Origin: Octopus sinensis
Taxonomy: Eukaryota
Length of the DNA: 64,000 nucleotides
NCBI RefSeq assembly: GCF_006345805.1
Contig: NC_043022.1
Coordinates: 10,850,001-10,914,000 of the forward strand
Reading direction: 5' to 3'
Of the stretch, positions 27,064 through 38,862 are shown one piece after another. The number at the start of each line of letters is the position of its first letter. Within the stretch, counting starts at the first letter, position 1. The notes beneath the pieces were generated by a model. That model worked only from the letters and a program-made list of their open reading frames with translations. It made no database searches and was not told the origin of the DNA. Position numbers and translations under genes: made by a program.

Positions 27064-27422
27064 AGGCGTAGGAGTGGCTGTGTGGTAAGTAACTTGCTTA
27101 CCAACCACATGGTTCTGGGTTCAGTCCCACTGCGTGGCACCTTGTGCAAGTGTCTTCTACTATAGCCTACTATAGCCTCAGGCCGACCAAAAGCTTTGTG
27201 TGTAGATTTGGTAGATGGAAACTGAAAGAAGCCTGTTGTATATATGTATATTTATATATGATGTTTGTGTATCTGTGTTTGTCCCCCCAACATCGCTTGA
27301 ATGCTGGTGTGTTTATATTCCTGTAACTTAGTGGTTCGGCAAACTAGATGATAGAATAAGTACTAAAGGTGGTGCTCCACCATGGCCACAGTCAAATGAC
27401 TGAAACGAGTAAAAGAGTAAAA
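27064..27422 (+). mobile_element. SINE family A, near full length
   Basis: AGGCGTAGGAGTGGCTGTGTGGTAAG head; tail CATGGCCACAGTCAAATGACTGAAAC followed by (AGTAAAAG)n. Confidence 0.9.
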
Positions 27423-27844
27423 GTGTAGTATGTTGCATTGTTGAAAAAGCTTTAGCTGTTATTTCTAGCAGTCAAGCGACTGTGAAGAGACTCCCTCATT
27501 GATTATGAGTGTGGTGGAAACAGTTGGTTGAAAATATTGTTGGGGTGGAGGCAGGGGACAGAGTGAAATTATAAGCTATACAATATTCCATCCTCCCATT
27601 GGAGTATCTGGTTGTACTTTAAGTAGGGCAATCAGAAACCCAACTTGTTGACAATGTATACATCTGAATGAGTTGATAAATGGGGCTTGTGTAGTCATTT
27701 GATCTACTAGAAACAGCAGCCTAATCTTTCTCAAATCACACCATACCATTTTAAAAAGGGGACATTGGGTAATTTAGATCTAGTCTCATTGATCATTAAG
27801 CCTGCTTATTGAAGGTTTCTGCAGGAACATTAAGTTTCATTACT

Positions 27845-28250
27845 GCGAGCTGGCAGAATCGTTAGCATGCTGGATGAAATACTTAGTGATATTTCGCCCG
27901 TCGCTATGTTCTGAGTTCAAATTCCACCAAGGTCAACTTTACCTTTCATCCTTTTGGGGTCAATAAAGTAAGTACCTGTTGAACACTGGGGTCAGTGTAA
28001 TTGACTCATCCCCTCCCCCAGGATTGCTGCCCTTGTGGCAAAATTTGAAACCATTATTACTGATGTAACATGTAGAGCTGGCAAAATTGTTAGCACCCCC
28101 CAAAAAAGGGACAGAATGCTTTGCCTTAGTTCAAATGCTACTGAGCTTGACTTTGTCTTTCATCCTTTCAGCATTGATAGTATAAATACCAGTTGAGCAC
28201 TGGGGCTGATGTAATCGACTAGCCCCTGTCCCCCAAATTTCAGGCTTTTT
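27845..28250 (+). mobile_element. two adjacent SINE family B copies
   Basis: GAGCTGGCAG/AAAA heads at ~27846 and ~28075, each followed by the core motif. Confidence 0.75.
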
Positions 28251-31200
28251 TATATGTGCAGTAGAAAAGATAATTACTGATGTATGCACATCATTTTTTA
28301 TAATTTTTCTCATATTTGAACCGGTCTTAAGTGTCTGCCTCCCTTGTTGCAGGCCTTCATCATCTGATACTCCCAACATCATACCCCCACTTGTTTGTCC
28401 TATTCATTTGGCATAGCTGCAACATCTGTATATTCTTCCTAGCACCAACTACTTCAGAGTATGGAATGAGTATATTTTATTGTGCAACCAGCACTAAAAT
28501 GGCTGTACCTGTGTGAAGGACTAAAGAGCCCCCTTCAACCTTGTATCAGTTTAAACTCGAGTCATTGCTCTCTTAGACAAGTTTCTCATACTGTGGCTTT
28601 CCTCATCTTCCTTTCATTCATTTCCTTTTTTTCTTGTTTTGAGATCATGTTAAATACCTTTATCAATTTCAGCATTGTCTCATTACTTTGGGTTCAATTC
28701 CTACTGAGGTCAGTGTCATTCAATTGGAACAAGTCATTCATTCTGCAAATCATCAAGTACCGTCCCCAAAAGCTGCTCCCCTTTTGACCCTTTTACAAAG
28801 CAGATAGCTCCTGTCTGTCAGCAGGTTGTTGTTTAATCCCAAAGCAAGCTTCATTTGAGTAAATCAAAGTTATTCCAGTCATGACTATCCCTTTTTTATT
28901 GTATATTGAGTAAATTATCCTTTGTCTGCCACCCCACCCCCACTCATATTATTTTTTGAGGGAGATCTGGCTACCATTTCTAGTAGGTTGAATGACCATG
29001 GAAAGTCTTCTTTGCTCATCAGGTAGTAATGTTGCCATACCTGTTTGGTTACCCAGCTATGCAAGCCACTGTTCTACATTATAAGATGTTCAGATATTTT
29101 AGAGACAGTTTTATTAGGCACGAAGTTAACAGGAGCTTATCTTTACATCAGTGAAGTGCTGTTGTATTATCTGATTTCACTATGTATTTCTTATTAAGAA
29201 ACACTGAATCCCTCCCCACAAAGGAATGGTTTTAAGGTTTGTGAAGAAGGTAGACAAAACAAAAAACTTGGTTGAGCCTCATTAATGGAGTGGATACGCT
29301 GCAACTGTGTATCCCTCTTAGTGCCAGGCTGAAGATAGGGAACAATTGTGACCTTCCTTGGATTTTTGGGCTTAATGAAAATGTCTCCAGAAGGTGTGAG
29401 GACAGAGGGACATTTTAGGGGTCTCAGTACCTTCACTCTTTTTATATTATGTGGATGAAAGATAAGTGCTTCCTTGCAAAAGATACCAGTCTGTCTTGAT
29501 GCAACCTTCCCTCAGGAGCTGGGACCTATTACTAACCAGTAGTTTTAATTGAAACAACATAGAGTAAAGTGGGCACAAGCATGGCTGTGTGGTTAAGAAA
29601 TATACTTTATAATAATGTGGTTTTAACCTTTATCCCACTTTTTAGCAAGCGTCTTTTTTTTTGCCCTTGTTTTGAGTTGACCCATGCCTTGCGAGTGGAT
29701 CTTGGTAGATGGAAACTTTGCAGAAACTCTGTGTGTGTGTGTATTTTCACTGATGTATATCAATGAAAGATGTAGACATTAGCCAGAAAACAGCCAGTGC
29801 TTTTGAATTAAAAAAAACAAACTTATGTAGTATTTGCTCTGCAAAGATTTGCACAGACAATCTTTATTAGTGTCTCCCTGGTAAATGTGGACCAGTGATT
29901 GGGTTGCTGGAAATCTATCCCCAACAATGATGCTAATGTGTTCTCTCAAATGTATGGATATTAGAAAATGAAACCAATCTGTTAATGGAATATTAATTAT
30001 TAGAATGAAGTGTATAATGCCAGAAGTAGTTTTGAACTTAAGACTGCTTTAATGTCTTATAAAGAGCATTATTTAATGAACAGATTGCCACATTGTGGGA
30101 TTGGGAGATACTAGGACAGGGATAAGTAACAGGACTAAAGATATATTACCCTCCTTAGTCAAATGTCATTTAGCTTTGACCACTGAGCAGATTATGATCC
30201 CAAACAATCCAGCTATGTCTATCTTGTCCTCTCAAGCATTGTGTAGTAACAAGAACAACATATGCCAATGTTTTCAAGATCAGGTGGCTTGCCTTTCAGA
30301 GGTGCCAGATGATGCTCGTGAGGGTACTTATCACCCGTGGTAACACCCTGAGCTTGTTGTTGGTTTGCGTCAGTTGCTTCCATTGAACCTTGTCGTGTGC
30401 AACCAATTGACGTACTTTGGTGTTTAATTGATGCTTCTCTTTTCCTTTGTTTCTTTCTCTTTTTCTTTCTTTCTTTCTCTTTTTCCTACTTTTTTTGCTT
30501 TGCTCACATTTGTGTTTTCTTCAGTTTTGGATTTGCATTTTAATGTGTGCTTTGTATTATATATGTATCATATACATACGTGTTATATATGTTATTATCT
30601 CTGTTGATTATTAAAAAAAAAAACTTTCCATATTAACCCTTTTGTAACAGTCAGGCTGATTGATTGGCCCAAGTGATACAAGCTGAAAGGACTTTGAGGC
30701 TGATCCATCAGCTCAATAAAACAAACGTTTTGAAGTGTAATAGTCTATCAGGGATCATCTTTCAGAAGATGTAATCTAAAAACATATATGCTATAATAGT
30801 TTTATGTACTTTATCCCTTGTTTTCTACATGCACTCACCAATTTCAATCTCAACAAAAAATATTTGTCTACACATACCAAAACACCATGTGTCTCAAAAG
30901 GATTTAAGATACTAGGGTGTGATGTGGATGAGATTTGGCTGCTATTTCAGTCAGGTTCTCTATAGGAGTTTCTCTTATGGCCTTGTTCAGGAGTTTATCA
31001 CTAAAGAGAGCAAGCACTTCATTTAACTTCACATTGCCAAACAGACAAGCCGGACCATCTTTTTCCCTTGAAATATTCTACAATTTTCCCAGTTAAAGTA
31101 CAAAAATAAACCCTGGTTTCTTGTTTTGATGTAACACACAGTACATCTCCCGCAACTCTGCCTTCCCCATTAACCCCTGCTGCCCTCTAATGACCCCTTT

Positions 31201-31828
31201 TGTTGCTACCACTTCTTCCCCCACTGCCCTCCCAAAACACTTGGCAGTTTTATTTACATATGGTCTCATTAACTTCTTTAGAGGTTTGTGGCAGAGCCTT
31301 TGGCATGAAGATGGGGCTGGAGTTGTGCTGCCGGTGGTGATGGTAACTCTGGTAAAAGAGATTGTAATATGTATGTATAGTGGTGAGAATGATTGTGTGT
31401 GTGTGTGTGTTTGTAGAAGATGGTTGAATGTTAAGGAGTGGAAATGTTGGTGTGTGTGTGTGTAATGGGGGATGGGATTGCTAGCATTCCTCCTCCCTCC
31501 CTCCCTGCCTTTCTCTCACTCTTCCTTCCACTGCTTCCAATCTTATTGCTCCTATACATAACTGCCTGTTCAATGGCAAGAGACAAAAAATTAGGTGAAG
31601 GTATTTTGTAAATAGGGCCATAATTAGATCAAGTCTTATTATTAATCATCATCATTATCATCATCATCCTTTTGCTTGATTATTATTATTTGTGATGATG
31701 GCGATGGCATTAGAGCACAGGAAATGGCTTTTTTTTGTGGCTTGGTTGGGGGAGACTATTCACTGATAGTTTATTAAGTTCACTGTGTAAATTACTTCTG
31801 TAGATCTAACATAGCTTGGTTTCATTTA

Positions 31829-31829
31829 C

Positions 31830-31886
<57 letters not shown>

Positions 31887-31937
31887 TATATATACACATA
31901 TATATATATATACACATATATATATATATATATACAC

Positions 31938-31970
<33 letters not shown>

Positions 31971-31986
31971 CATGTATATATACATA

Positions 31987-32073
<87 letters not shown>
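31829..32073. repeat. (TA)n microsatellite with CA interruptions
   Basis: Direct reading of the sequence. Confidence 0.95.
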
Positions 32074-32076
<3 letters not shown>

Positions 32077-33905
32077 AGAGAGATGTGCAGATATACACCT
32101 ATGAAGCCACATAATGTTTATTTTTTATCTCTTTGGACTGTAGATGAGAAAGGGGTAAGGGAGGGGGGCTGGAGTAGAGAGAACAATTGGTAAAAAAAGA
32201 AAAAGGGGGAATGATTGTGTGTAGTAGGAGGGTGTAATGTTGTTGTAGAGGGAGAGAGAGAAGGGGATGAGTGGGGGAATTTGGGGGGAAATGAGTGCAA
32301 AAGATTGGTTCTTAATCTACTCCCACCAATCCACCCCCGCCCTCTACTCACCACATTTTGTCCTCTTTCTCTGTCTCTGCCACAATAATATTAATAATTA
32401 TCATCATCCATTCACACATACATTCCTTCTTGCACTCACGCACAAGTACATCTTGGGAAGGATCTGGCTATTAAGGGGCCCTTGGATAAAGTTCTGGTTT
32501 ACATAACCTCAAGACTGTCAAAACTTGTGAAGGAAACTTGCTTGACTGTAGATAGATGTGAATTAGACCTATATGGATTGGGGTAGTATGCAGGTCTACT
32601 AAAGATACTGTTTAGAATTGGTTTCATGTATCTAAGACAACTAAGCTATGACAGGTTCACATTGTCTTCCATGTCTATTATAATAGTCATTGGTCCTTTG
32701 AGCTAACAAAATGTGTACCACCTTCATTGAAACCTATTCATCTCACTTTCTCTCATGTGAATGTTCTCTAAGAACCAATACTGCTGTTTTAACCCTAGGA
32801 AGGCATCTCCTCCAGCTGGTTATTCAGTGCACTGTCCAAATGGTTACCTAAATCTGTTTGAAATACTTTGCCCATCTCAGTTGTAACCACTCTCCCTAAC
32901 CCAACTTGAAACGGTTTGCCCCAGCCAACTCTTATTGCTTTGCTCCAATCTGGCTCTAAACACTTTCTCCATCCCAGCTCTGGTCAGTTTGCCCAAATCC
33001 ATTCTAAATATTTTTTACCAATCGTTTATTCTTTGGCATCTTCATCAACCTTTTTCAGTCTAGGAGAGGCCATAAAATCTGTGGACATTGCCTCTGCTTC
33101 TTTGATTAAATCAGTAGAATTGAGTAATTAAGTTTAGATGATTTAGCAAGTGTATAGGCTTGGATTGGTTGAAGAAGTGTAGCTGGCTTAGAAATGTGGA
33201 TGTCTTAAGGGTGCTGACACTTACAAATGCCATTAAATGTGTCAGAGAAAGAGGTTTTAAGGGTCATTGTTTAACTGACAAGTTCAGCTGTCCTGTGCAC
33301 CACGTGATATACATGACATATTTCCCTGACATCCATGCACCGTATATGATAACATAATTCTAGTTTTTTTTTTCAACCATCAAAGTAACTTGTGACCAAT
33401 GAAAGGAAAGCTTTATATCACTAGGAACATATGGAATGGGGGCAATTAAAAGTCTGGGAACAAGCAGCATGGATCTTAAGGACAATCACAAAAATGCTTT
33501 GGGTGGGGAAGGGGTTAAGCAGGTGAGATGTCTTCCCATGATTGGGTTGCAGTTTATATTAAGTGCACACAAGCACATAACTGAGGTGTGTTGTATATCT
33601 GCTGCCCAAAGGCTGTAGACATGCACATTGTCTACAGTAAGCATACAAGCATATAGTTCCAATACTGTCTGCTCCTTCAGCTTCTTCCTATCTTTTGTGC
33701 ATTCTCTCGGCTTTTTTCTTAACCACCACCACCACCACTACTACAACAGCAACACTGACAACATACCTGCATACTTCTCTTAATCTACCTTTTCCAAGCA
33801 AAGGTAGCAGATATGATCTGGTAAGGTTACCTGAGACTGGATTCCATCCCATCACAAGCCAGTGTTTCTAAATCCAGAACACACTTAATTCCCTCATGGG
33901 AGAAG

Positions 33906-34749
33906 TTTTGATTAGGAGAGGAATTTGGAGGAAGATTTTATACAAAAATATCTTAATTTCTTACATTTGGATAATTTGTTTGATTTGGTAATCATATAAT
34001 ATACATACATAGATATAGTTGCCAAATCAAACAAATTATCATCTGTGTGTGTGTGTGTTTGGCCTAGTGGTTAAGTTGTTGCACTCGTGGTTGTAAGATT
34101 GGGGTTTCCATTCCTTAACCAGGTGTGTGTTGTGATTGTCAGCATAAAACTCAGCTGTGAAATGGGTAAGTCTGTAATGGATTGGCATTCTGTTCAGGGA
34201 GAATGGTGGCCTTCTCTCATAGCCAGTGGAGTGGCATCATTTGAAAGCTAAAACAAGAGGAAGTGCATCATGACCAGTGAGGTATAACATCTGCTAGTCT
34301 TGTCAATGCAGTTATATAACAGAAATGGTGTTTAGAATTTGTTACAGCCGTTTTGGTAGAATTTTATTGAGGCATTCATGACCTAAATCTGCCATTGTCA
34401 GGTAAAGTTATAAACCTGTATAAACATTGATGATAACTTATTTAACAATGAACATGAAGAATTGTGCACCCATCCTTGATGTCTTACTCAGTCTGCATCT
34501 CTTTTACTCTCTATGGCATAAAGCATAATTGGAGGAACTAACCAACATTTTATATACTATTATTGCTATCATCACACATACACACACACACCGTTGTCGT
34601 CGTCACACACAGATGATAATTTGTTTGATTTGCCAACTATATCTACGTATGTATATTATATGATTACCAAATCAAACAAATTATCCTAATGTAAGAAATT
34701 AAGATATTTTTGTATAAAATCTTCCTCCAAATTCCTCTCCTAATCAAAA
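33906..34749. repeat. ~145-bp inverted repeat pair (33906-34050 / 34604-34749), each arm with an internal 19-bp inverted repeat
   Basis: The arms are reverse complements with 3 mismatches by eye. Each arm contains GATAATTTGTTTGATTTG...CAAATCAAACAAATTATC. Confidence 0.9.
34059..34310 (+). mobile_element. SINE family E (tRNA-like head), degraded
   Basis: TGGCCTAGTGGTT A-box and GTGGCATCATTTGAAAGCTAAAACAA body shared with 53926-54195. Confidence 0.6.
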
Positions 34750-36089
34750 TTGTTGTCATTTAATGTCCATGTTCCTTGCAGACATGGGTTGAATAGCTGA
34801 ACAGGAACTGATGGGTTCAAAGCCTGTACTGTGTTCTATCTTCTTTGGCATGGTTTTGACAGCTGGAAGCCCTTCCTAACACCAACCACTTTACATTGTG
34901 TACTAGGTGCAACTTGTTTTGTGTTACCAACACTCATGAGATCACCATGCAACTTATAAGAAAATCTAAGAGAAGCAGCTTTATGCTGGGGGATGAGGGT
35001 TAAAGTATGAGAAGGGGTCAGAGTAAAACAGGTTTCTTATTGTGGAGGGGCTATTTGGCTAGTCACGTTTTAGAAGAGGACATGTGGGGGGGGGGCAATC
35101 AGAATGGAGCAGGGAAGAGATAAAAATAGAGGTGATGAAGTGTTTGTGTGGATCCTCAATGTATAAGGTGAGTAGTAGTGAATGGGGGCAAAAGAAGCTG
35201 AAGGGAGGGGGCAGTGTGGGTAGGTAGAAGTTATAAAAGTGTATGGGAGAGTGCGAGATAGGGAATGGGTGAGGAGGTGAACATGATGAAAGAAGAACAA
35301 GTGGATAATATGTAGGGCAGGTAGGGGAGAGTAGGTGACAACTGTTGAAATTGCAGAGGGTTAAGGGATAAAATGAAGTTAGTGAATGGTGGATAAGGGG
35401 TGGCAGTGGAAAGCAGCAGAATAGTAATGATATAGTAGAGAGAGTGAGAGAGAGAGAGAGAGATAGATAAGTGGTTGGTCTGGTCGGTTATGAGAGAGAA
35501 ATGGCAGGTAGGTTGTGAGAGAGAGAGAAGTAGAGAAGCTGGCATGGGAGAAGAGTGAGAGATTCATGGTAGGTGAGATGATGTGATGGAGGAGAATGTA
35601 AAATGTGGGTGGAGGACAGTATTTAATGCATTAATTGCCACATGCACCACAGGTAGTTCCTTGCAAACTTCACACAAGTGTCTTATGCACCACTGGTGGT
35701 ACATTTTCATAATTTGAGAAAATATTTAATTCTCTGTCTTTGAAATGGTTCCAAGGATATTTAATTTACATGGGGTACTATATATGAAAGTCTAATTATG
35801 AAATATTGTAGAAATGCAAAAAAAAAATGAAGAGATTTCCTTGTAATTAAAGTGTGCAGTGTGACTGCATGAAATATGTGACATCATTGGTAAGTTTCAG
35901 CTACAGCTGATGGTGGTTAATGTGTTAAGGACGAGGGATGGCTATCAAGTGAAATGGTTTCAAGTAGTGAGAAAGATTAGTGGTATGAAAGAAAATCTAC
36001 AGTTAAAGATGGAGGGTGATGGGGGTGTCTTGCGGGAGATAAATGGGCAAAGGGCCCAGGGCCCAGGGCCCAGTTGTGCAACCCTATCA

Positions 36090-36410
36090 GAACTTAGTTT
36101 CTCTGAGTTGGACAAGTCTTTTCAAGAACTGCAAATCACCCGTCCTCCTGGTCCCTTGTCATCTCCTCTGAGGCTCAAGGATGTGAGGTCAATCTTCACC
36201 ATTTCACCCCATGTCTTTCTGGGTTTCTTTTTCCTGCAAGTTCCCATCCACATTGATTGGTAACTTTATTGTTATACAGCTGTCCTCATCATCCACTTGC
36301 ACATGTTCATACCAGTGCAGTCTTTCTTGCACACAACATCTAATTCCTCTCTCATGCCTAGTTTTTCTCTCAGCACATTTGCACTGTTGTTCATGCACAC
36401 TTGCATTGTG
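36090..36410 (-). pseudogene. RTE-clade LINE ORF2 C-terminal fragment
   Basis: Minus strand reads RGIRCCVQER-LHWYEHVQVDDEDSC and, after a frameshift, GRKRNPERHG / RKTWGEMVK.DL..L. This resembles the RTE motif RRLRWYGHV...GRPRKTW. Confidence 0.65.
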
Positions 36411-36467
36411 CATCCACATGACTTTACACATCACATCACATATGATGTGCCATACTAATACACACAC

Positions 36468-36770
36468 CAACTAATACATACTAATACGTACTAATACATA
36501 CTAGTACATACTAATACATACACCAACCCTATACATACACACGTCCTGACCCCGCATACGCACTTATACTCTCTCATACACACACACACACACTTATACA
36601 TACCAATACGTACTAATACATACACCAACCCCATACATACGCACGTCCAGACCAATCCTACGCACTAATACTCTCTCATACACACACACACACACCCTTA
36701 TACATACTAATACATACACCAACCCTATACATACACACATCCAGACCCCTCCTACGCACTATTAGCTGGT
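36468..36770. repeat. ~2.6 copies of a 94-102 bp unit preceded by (TACTAATAC.)n
   Basis: CTAATACATACACCAACCC recurs at ~36511, 36613 and 36707. Confidence 0.8.
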
Positions 36771-36920
36771 CCCTCAACCCTATTATCTCCCCTTATTTCG
36801 CTCTCGCGTCTCATGTTTGATCTTTGACCTCTGGCCGAAATCAGATCGCCATGTTGATTCGTTAGCTACTGCACGCATTTTTTTTCTCTCCTTCTTTCTG
36901 TGTTTTTCTCTCTCTGTGTA

Positions 36921-36958
36921 TCTTTCTGTTGAAGAGCGTAGGCTCGAAACGTTAAAGA
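36921..36958 (+). ncRNA. minimal type I hammerhead-ribozyme-like motif of Penelope-like element type (core A6>U variant)
   Basis: TCTTT-CTGTTGA-A-GAGC-GTAG-GCTC-GAAA-CG-TT-AAAGA. Stem I is TCTTT/AAAGA, stem II is GAGC/GCTC, and stem III is the palindrome ACGT. One mismatch to CUGANGA. Confidence 0.55.
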
Positions 36959-37155
36959 CTTGTTTTATTTATATTTCCTGAGCGCCATACTAATACAATT
37001 GTTCGTTTGTTTTCCACCTGCCTTCGTCTTTTGTTTATTTTCATAAAGCTTCCCGTTATATACACATATATATATATATACATATATTTATATACATATA
37101 TTTATATACATATATATATATATATATATACATATATATATAAACATATATATAT

Positions 37156-37206
<51 letters not shown>

Positions 37207-37379
37207 GTTAATCCAAACAAGAAAACACAACACCGTGAGGACGGACGTAGAACAAATATACCGTGAATGGTACACATGAGGTTACATTTTGAAAGATCAG
37301 AAGGAAAACAGGTGAAGAAAGATGTTTTTAAAGACAGAAGAGTAGTATAGTCAAAGACAGTGGAATATTAGGAGGGGGA

Positions 37380-38161
37380 ATGTGTGTGTAAGTGTGGATG
37401 TGTGCGTGTGTATGTGTGCAATGATGACACGTGTGTGTGTGTATGTGTGTGGTTGTAGCTGTAAACAATTGGCTAGTAGTAAGCTGGCTAGTTTGTAAGA
37501 ATAAGGAGTGGTGTTTTTGTCCCTGCCACAGGTCAGAACTTTGAAGAATGTGTGTGCTTGTATGTATATGTATCATGTGTGTGTTTTGTTTGTAGTGTGT
37601 GTGTATGTGTGTGTTCCTGTATGTATGCTTAGAGTTTGGATGTGGCGAATAACTGTGCTTTACTTAGTGTATGTGTGCTTGTACGTGCGTATGTGTGTAT
37701 ATATGTATGTATAATTGTGTGCCGTGTGTATGGGATGTATGTGTGGGTTCATTTGTGTGTGCGTGCGTGTCGTATGTGCGTGTAATGTGTGCGTGTATGT
37801 GTGCGTTTGTATGTGTGTGTGTAAGCATATATGGATGTATATGCGTGTATCCGTGGGGTTGTGAGTTTTGGGTGTGTGCATTGGTGTGTGTCTGTGCCTA
37901 TATGTGTATACGTATGTGTGTGCGCGTGTAGGCATATATTGTGTGTATGTATATGTATCGGTGTGTATTTGAATTTGTATGTGTGTTTGCATGCGTGTGT
38001 ATGTGTGTATGCATGTATGCTGTATGTGTGTATGCTGTATGTATGTGTGTGTATGTATGAATGTGTGTGTGTGTGTGTATGTATGTGTGTGTGTCTGGGT
38101 GGGAATTGGAGTTGTGTGGACGTAATGTACATGCGTGTGCTTGTGTGCGCTTACGTGCGTG

Positions 38162-38202
<41 letters not shown>

Positions 38203-38335
38203 ACATATATACATATATGTATACACATGTATATATGTATATGTGTATACATATATGTATACATATATATATGTATACATATATATATGTGTACATATAC
38301 ATATATATATATGTACATATATATACATATATACA
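37380..38335. repeat. degenerate TG/TA microsatellite block
   Basis: Direct reading of the sequence. Confidence 0.9.
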
Positions 38336-38862
38336 CATCATCATCATCATCATTTAGCGTCTGCTTTCCATGCTAGCATGGGTTGGACGGGTCAACTGGG
38401 GTCTGTGAAGCTGGAAGGCTTCGTCAGGCCCAGTCAGATCTGGCAGTGTTTCTATGGCTGGATGCCCTTCCTAACGCCAACCACTCCGCGAGTGTAGTGG
38501 GTGTTTTTTACGTGCCACCTGCACAGGTGCCAGACAGAGCTGGCAAACGGCCACGAACGGATGGTGCTTTTATGTGTCACCGGCACGGGGCCAGGCGATG
38601 CTGGCAACGGACACGAACAGATGGTGCTTTTACGGGGCCAGACAGAGCTGGCAAACGGCCACGAGCGGACGGTGTTTTTACGTATCACCGGCATGGGGGC
38701 CAGCCGCGGCTGGCAACGAACACGAACGGATGGTGCTTTTACGTGCCACCGACACGGGGCCAGACAGAGCTGGCAAACGGCCATGAACGGACGGTGCTTT
38801 TACGTGTCACCGGCACGGGGGCCAGCCGAGGCTGGCAACAGACACGAATGGATGGTGCTTTT
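38336..38862 (-). mobile_element. family C repeat (RTE-like 3' end with (GAT)n tail) with six internal ~60-bp tandem units
   Basis: (CAT)n followed by CCATGCTAGCATGGGTTGGACG...GGATGCCCTTCCTAACGCCAACCACTCC. Internal units start at 38529, 38590, 38637, 38699, 38759 and 38821. Confidence 0.8.

Noticed and set aside
32500-33660. Non-repetitive-looking stretch with short ORFs, possibly an old retroelement
   Set aside because: I could not find a diagnostic RT, endonuclease or integrase motif, so it is left unclassified.
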